Origin: Octopus bimaculoides
Taxonomy: Eukaryota
Length of the DNA stretch: 43,510 nt
Assembly (NCBI RefSeq): GCF_001194135.2
Contig: NC_068984.1
Span: 109,678,625-109,722,134, forward strand
Direction: 5' to 3'
Part shown: positions 36,438 through 43,510 of the stretch, piece by piece
Layout of the letters: each line of letters opens with the position of its first letter
Position numbering within the stretch: the stretch's first letter is position 1
The notes under the pieces: generated by a model
The model's database searches: none
What the model saw: only the letters and a program-made list of their open reading frames with translations
Told to the model about the DNA's origin: nothing
Made by a program: the position numbers and the translations under genes

Positions 36438-36796
36438 GCAATTAAACTGGCCTTATCTGGCAGAAAAGTGTACCAGCTTTATGTTCAAACTGTCAAAATC
36501 TGGCCTCTTGTACCTACCCTACAATGTCATTCTAAAAATATACAACCACTTCATTGAAATCGCAAAGTTACAAGATATGGTACAATTAATTCAAAACTAT
36601 GTGAATTAAAAAGTATTCAATTTGACAGAGTAATCTGAATGCTAAAGGGTTTTGAAGGGATAAAAACGAAGTAGGTGAAACAGAAGTTGATGATGAAGTG
36701 GAATGACATTGTAGGGTAGGTACAAGAGGCCAAATTTCAACAGTTTGAATATAAAGCAAGTACACTTTTCTGGCCAGATATGGCCAGTTTAAATGC
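36438..36796. mobile_element. MITE-like element with ~95-bp terminal inverted repeats
   Basis: 36438-36535 (ATTAAACTGGCC...CCTACCCTACAATGTCATTC) is the near reverse complement of 36700-36796. Confidence 0.75.
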
Positions 36797-36961
36797 TTCT
36801 CTGGATAGGCAAACATATAATCACAGGAATTCTGGCCATGACCATCCTGTCATTTTTGGAGTATATTGGCCTATATTAGTAGTCCTATGTGAAGAATATC
36901 TTCTGTCTTTTACTTGTTTACTGCAGTCTAATTACTCAATAATTAGACTGCAGACATACTC

Positions 36962-37354
36962 TTTACTCTCTTTTACTTGTTTCAGTCATTTGACTGCAGC
37001 TATGCTGGGGCAATCGACCCCAGGACTTATTCTTTGTAAGCCTAGTACTTATTCTATCGGTCTCTTTTTGCCGAACCGCTAAGTTACGGGGACGTAAACA
37101 CACTAGCATCGGTTGTCAAGAGAAGTTGGGGGGATAAACACAGACACACAAACATATACACATACATACATATAAATATATACATAGATACGACGGGCTT
37201 CTTTCAGTTTCTGTCTACCAAATTCACTCACAAGGCTTTGGTTGGCCGGAGGCTATAGTAGAAGACACTTGCCCAAGGTGCCACACAGTGGGACTGAGCC
37301 CGAAACCATGTGGTTTATAAACAAGCTACTTACCACACAGCCACTCCTGGGCCT
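36962..37354 (-). mobile_element. SINE family 1, full length
   Basis: Reverse complement of the 330-825 family. Confidence 0.8.
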
Positions 37355-37740
37355 ATTACATTGATTCCAGTTCTCTACTGGTAGTTGTTTTATGGACTCT
37401 GCTCTGAAAGGATGAAAGGCAAAGTTGACCTTGATGGAAGTTGAACTCAGAATGTAAAGCCAGAAGAGATGCCACTAAGCATTATGCCCAGCACAGCAAC
37501 AATTCTGCCAGCGCATTGCCTTAGCTGGAACACTAGCATTTTATTCACACTCCACTGTCATTATCCATTGCTATAATAGTCGTTTCTGATGTAAGCATAA
37601 GGCCTGAAATTTTGGGGGGATGAGTCTAGTTGATTGGATAAACACCCAATGCACAACTGGTACATATTCTGTTGGCCCTGAAAGTATGAAGGGTTAAGTT
37701 GACTTTGGCAGAACTTGAACTCAAAATGTAAAACTGGAAA
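37355..37740 (-). mobile_element. Two degraded SINE family 2 copies
   Basis: GGATGAAAGGCAAAGTTGACC...TTGAACTCAGAA is the reverse complement of the SINE2 core. Confidence 0.6.
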
Positions 37741-39187
37741 AATTTTAGTTCAATGAATCGATCCCAGTACTTATTTTGGTTTAAAGCTTGTATTTATGCT
37801 ATTGGTTTCTTGCTGAACTGAGAAGTTATGGGACTGTAAACCCACCAACACTGGTTGTCAAACACAAACACACATACAAGCAAAAAGGTTGATGAAATAA
37901 AACTTCAGGTTCCTTCATTATTAATTGTTGAATGAGAGGCTCCAATATAGGCCATAGTCTGGTGATTGAATATATATATATATATATATAATTTTCAAAA
38001 TTTTTTGAAAAGAATAGTGAAAATTTGTTTGATGTTTTTATAAGAAACACTGATGGAGCTGAAATTTATGACCAATCTGAATGTTTTATTTTACATTTAA
38101 TTCTAAGAAGCTTAATCTTCACAAAGTGGTTTATACGGTGATGATGGTTTAATTACTTCATGTATTATGATCTGCCAAGGGATGTGTAGCTCTAGGAAAG
38201 AGCTAATCAATATATTCAAACAATTAGATTTAAAGATTATAGTTGATACAAACCTTGGTGTTGACAGTTTTCAGGAAATAACTTTTATATTTAGATACAA
38301 ATAAACACAGCTCTTGTGAGAAAATGCAGGTTATTAATAAAATTTATAACCATCTTTCAACAATTTTAAAAACACAACTCAATGATATAAGTAAATGTAT
38401 ATAACAATGCTGCATTATTGTATATGATTCATATAACAATAATGGCTACTACAGTACTATGCTGATAATAATAAATAACAAATAAAAAAAGAATAATGTT
38501 ATCATATAATCATTTTCATAGTCTAATCATTTTGGTGAACCTTGCTTAGGTTTTTCTAAATCTCATATATAAATAGTTTTTTTCTGAATATAGTATATAA
38601 ACAGTTTCCCCTGTCCATAAGTATCACAATTTTTAATAGAAATAATATATAACAAGTCTTTGTCATACAATTACTTCTTCAGTCGTGACCATTCTCTCTC
38701 GATTGCTAAAGATACATATCAAGCACTCTATTATCTAATGAATCTTTAATCATTTTAAAAGATAGGGTTTCATTTCAAGGAGATTTTATTTTTATTGTAG
38801 TAAACTGAGAACACAGACATACTTGTTAGCTTTTAGTTTTATCATAGGTTATCAGAAATGGCCATAAGAAGAAGACTTTAGCTGATGAAACTATAGGATG
38901 TTATTCAGGCACTTGACTATGAGTCCACTGCATCTTATAACCGAAACAGCTGTAAGCTAATGAAGTTTATAACCAAATCATCGTTTTTCTTGTGTCATCC
39001 CATTTTCTTATTACCACTCTATATTCATCTAACAGTCTATTCTGAAACATACATATATTGAGTTCTACATCAGGTTATTAGTTTCACAAATATTAAGTGA
39101 AATATTAAAAAACTTCAGAAATATTCAGATCTTCTATGGGATAAAATATCTACCATATGTCATTTACTGTGGTATGCTGTATGCACA

Positions 39188-39562
39188 GTGGAGGCGCAAT
39201 GGCCCAGTGTTTAGGGCAGCGGACTCGCGGTTTCGATTCCCAGACCGGGCATTGTGAGTGTTTATTGAGCGAAAACACCTAAAGCTCCACGAGGCTCCCG
39301 CAGGGGATGGTGGCGAACCCTGCTGTGCTCTTTCACCACAACTTTCTCTCACTCTTTCTTCCTGTTTCTGTTGTGCCTGTAATTCAAAGGGTCAGCCTTG
39401 TCACACTGTGTCATGCTGAATATCACTGAGAACTACGTTAAGGGTACACCGTGTCTGTGGAGTGCTCAGCCACTTGCACGTTAATTTCACGAGCAGGTTG
39501 TTCCATTGATTGGATCAACTGGAACCCTCGACGTCGTAAGCGACGGAGTGCCAACAACAACA
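39188..39562 (+). mobile_element. tRNA-derived SINE family 4 with (CAA)n tail
   Basis: GGCCCAGTGTTTAGG A-box, GGTTTCGATTCC B-box, short-repeat tail. Confidence 0.7.
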
Positions 39563-40101
39563 AGCTGTATGCACAACCAATGTCTGAGTAGAAGACAATG
39601 CTGAGTTGACGATGAACAATGAGGCAAACCTAATGCAGGAAGGAAGAAAAGCTGAAACAACAAAAAAATCCCTTATAATCAAGCTAAAAGCTAAAAATAA
39701 AACTTGCTATAAAAATAAAAGCAGTTCACAGCATAGAGAAAGCCACCAGATGAGAATACTAGCATCAGAACTAAACATCTCTTTTAACCAACCCAGCAGA
39801 CTTCATCACACCATGTTCATTTTAACAGATTTGCCACCAGCTATATAGGAATGAATCCTTGATATCAGAAACTCTTGGGACTTGTGGAAAATTCCAATTA
39901 AATTTAGGGTCAATAAATGTCTCTTCCTNNNNNNNNNNNNNNNNNNNNNNNNNNNNNNNNNNNNNNNNNNNNNNNNNNNNNNNNNNNNNNNNNNNNNNNN
40001 NNNNNNNNNNNNNNNNNNNNNNNNNNNNNNNNNNNNNNNNNNNNNNNNNNNNNNNNNNNNNNNNNNNNNNNNNNNNNNNNNNNNNNNNNNNNNNNNNNNN
40101 N

Positions 40102-40135
<34 letters not shown>

Positions 40136-41149
40136 CATATATATGAATATATGTGTGTATATATACAGTATATCTCTTAAACATACATATATATAAATAT
40201 GTATAAACGTATGTTTATATAAGTATATATATATATGTGTAAGGAAAGAAGCTAAACTGTTTATCTAACTACACATATGCATGCACTCACACAGTCATGC
40301 AGATATATCATCATCATCATTTAACATCCACCTTCCATGCTAGCATGGGTGGGACAATAGATATACGTTTTCCAAATATACTAATAATTTTATGTTAAGA
40401 GAAGCTAGATTTCTTTATATATCTCATTAATTATAGAGGTACTAAGCACATCGGTCTCAGTAAATATGAAGAATTTTAACAACCTTATGAAGTGAAATTT
40501 GTCGTTGCTGCTGTCATCATCATTATTATCATCATTATTTAACCCATTACCTACAAGTGATCTCATATGAGATTACTTAAAAATTACAAATTTCATAATT
40601 ATCTGTCAATATTTATACATATCTAACCTTTTTGCTATATCTTCCAGGTATATTTCTCTGATATTCAAATGAGGTTTGCTAATTTTTCACCCAATATCTC
40701 GCTTATTTCTATTTGAAATGTTATTTTGAAATGTTATTTTGATCATTCCAGTGTGTTTCTAAGGCTGTTTTATGCTAGAAATCAAAGTTTCATAAAAAAA
40801 TTCCAGTTAATAGAATTGTGGGCGGAAATGGGTTAATGTCTTTATTTCATGCTGGTATTTGGTTGGATAGTTCAACAGGATCCAATTAGCCAAAAGGATA
40901 TATTGGATGCCAATGTTTACTTTTAGTAAGTTTTCTTTGGTTTAATGCTCCTTGTAATGCCAAACCCTTAACAGAGTGTACAGAGTGTTTTTTTTTCTTT
41001 GTGGCACCAGCACTAGTGATGTCAGCATGCAATGTGCAAGACAAAACTTCTTAATGGAGTGAGAGTGCAGAATTGAAGGATGTGGCTTTGTCCCGGTGTT
41101 GAGAGGCTAAAGCATTATAGAGGACAGGAACAGATGTTTGCTATGAAGT

Positions 41150-41830
41150 AGGCATATGGATACTCCAGCAGAAAAAGGAGTAAGATGGTGAAAATGACGT
41201 ATCAGAACACACCCTCAAGGTACAAGAAGGTAAATAAAGAGTGAGAATGGGCAGAAAATTGGGGATGGTAGGTGAGTAGGTAGGTTCGTGAGGATGTGAA
41301 AAGAGAGTGACAAACAGTAGGGATGAGGATAGAAGTAGATGTAGTGAGTTATGAATATGGATGGTGAATCTCAGTTGGGAGGAATTTAAGGCAAATAGAA
41401 GTGAGTCAAGTAGGAGGAGGAGAAGGTGGTAATATGAGCTAATACATAAAGATGGGCTGGAGAACAACAGTATAATATAACTGTAGACAGGTGAGGAATA
41501 ATATAGAGAGATAAGGTGAATTGTTGCAGGTAGAAAAGAGATACAGTGACTGAGATGGAGAACAGAGGCATGTAGGGTTACAATAAAGGAAGGGGCATCA
41601 ATGGCAAATATGAGAGCGTGTTCATGGAAAAGGAGCATTCAAGTTAAATATGATGGCAAAGAATAATTTGGAGAGTGCAAGATGAGTAGTAAGGAGATGG
41701 ATTACTTGGTAGCACTGAAGTGGGGCTGGAATATGTACAGATTAGCTGTCATACAATCACAGCAGCTGAGAAAATAGTGCTGTAGTTAGACGAGTGATGG
41801 AGGGATTGGTGTCACAATGATGAGTTGCTG
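41150..41830 (-). mobile_element. Possible highly decayed Penelope-like RT remnant
   Basis: Minus-strand SHPH....TIPNFL....LRVCSD resembles the Penelope SSHP...IPYSQ.LR..RLCS motif; many disruptions. Confidence 0.3.
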
Positions 41831-42149
41831 GGAAAGTTTGACAAGTACAGACCGAGTCCAGACAATAACAATGTATTCTGAGGACCTTATTTTTGCTGAG
41901 ATGTACCGGTCTTCTTAAGCAGAGTGAATTGCCATTTATCTTGGTCCTTTGTCAACTCTTCTGTGAAGTTCAACAACAAACTTTGTCCCACATCTTCTTG
42001 GGTATCTTTCTTCCATAAATTCAATCCATATTTAACAATCAGCACTTCTTTATACAGTTGTCCTCATCTATATGTACCACATAACAATATCAGCACAGAA
42101 GTCTCTACTACAAGCTACAGCTGACACTTCTTATTTTTCTCTCACTCAG

Positions 42150-42322
42150 GCCACTTTGCAGAATGGTTGGTGTTAAGAGGGGCATCCACCCATATAAAAA
42201 CCATGCCAAAACAGACAGCAAAGTTTGGTGCAGTCGTCTCCCTAGCCAGCTGCTGTCAACCTGTCTAACCCATGCCAGCATGAAAGGCAGATGCTAAATG
42301 ACGATGATTATGATGATGATCA
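42150..42322 (+). mobile_element. Diverged copy of the (GAT)n-tailed SINE
   Basis: Homologous to 9040-9206. Confidence 0.6.
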
Positions 42323-43510
42323 TCACATATTTAATGTATTTATATTATTAGGATACCAAAAGGTGCAGTTTTCCATCAGGGAAAGATCCCTTTAAAAGTG
42401 TACAGTGTTTAAAAAAAAACCCAGTAAACTTCACTATTGGAGAGATTTCGAATGTCGATAGGAAGTGTAGCCTGTCTTGGAATTATTATTGAATTGTGTC
42501 GTATTTTAAGCAATATGCTTTTGTGATCCAAATGCTGGAGAAAGCTACAAAATACCTATTGAATATAAAAATGTGTGACGTCCTCAAACCTGCAAAGATA
42601 TGACTGAAAATGACAATTATATAGCATTTCTCTAGAAGATATTACATATGTGATCAGAAGCTGTCTATGTTGCTAAAAAGTATACAAAGCCAATTGTAGG
42701 AAAAACTGTCTTGGATAGATATAAAAAATAATAATAGCCAAGTTGGATATATACTTAAGTTTCAGCATAATATTAATTGGTGGAACATCAGACATTTTAC
42801 CAAATGCATATATGACAGGTCTGCTATAGTTGTTTAAAATAGGAAAATATATCTGCCACCAAATAAATGTAAAATTTATATCAGAACTGGTCAGGAAAAT
42901 AATATTCATGGGTAATTCTTTGGAAACCTACAATTTTCCTATCCACATTATAATTCCACATCTTCTACCCATTATTATTTTGGTGCTTGACTATGCTACT
43001 AAATGCCTAAATGGTAACTTCAAAAAGCTGGTGTTTGCACACAGATATTTGAGTAGCTACCTTGGATTTTGCTAATTGCAACCTGTAAGTGGAATGGTAA
43101 AAATATGCAAGACTTTTCTAAAATTCAGTGTTTAAGTCTTTACTGCTGCCTCCATCTAGATTCCAGTGATGAAGCATTATTCCTTGGTTAGTAATCATTT
43201 TATTTACTGAAAGAATTCAATTATAAGTAAAAGAGGAAATAAGAAATATATGGCTACATCATCATCCATCATTAACTTAGAAAAAAAATGCAAAAAATTG
43301 ATGTCGAATCTTATAGAAAAAAGTAGGAACAAATTACATAATATAAAGAATAATAAATCAATTAGATAAAAAAAAAAACATCAAATAAAAACAAAAAACA
43401 AAATATAGAAAAATTCATTAATTTACTAAATATACAAAAATGACAAATATATCATGGTTAAATAAACAAAATGTCAAGGAATTTAAAAAAGTAAAAATGT
43501 ATATGTATAT

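Noticed and set aside
42340-43200. Protein-like short frames (e.g. CDPNAGESYKIPIEYKN, ORF 42830-43075)
   Set aside because: Interrupted by stops in every frame, with no recognisable family or consistent splice sites.

Overview
AT-rich eukaryotic genomic DNA from a gapped draft assembly, dense in microsatellites, tRNA-derived SINEs and N-gaps. The SINE families look like octopus/coleoid repeats (inference from memory, not a database search). I found no confidently identifiable protein-coding gene; nearly all tracked ORFs are microsatellite or gap artefacts. Recognisable relics are three co-duplicated RTE-clade LINE 3' fragments, an internally deleted Tc1/mariner transposase, MITE/fold-back elements and possible Penelope remnants. 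The main signal is a tandem array (14.2-34.6 kb) of five copies of a ~770-nt minus-strand unit. In each copy two indel-free, near-identical blocks (175 and 158 nt) are separated by a ~350-360-nt fold-back spacer. The two blocks base-pair with each other into a long branched hairpin, with compensatory and G-U-preserving differences between copies. Each copy has a TGACGTCA site ~50 nt upstream of a TCT-type initiator, and four of five have a downstream AATAAA. I interpret this as a candidate uncharacterised, tandemly amplified long-hairpin ncRNA gene family.
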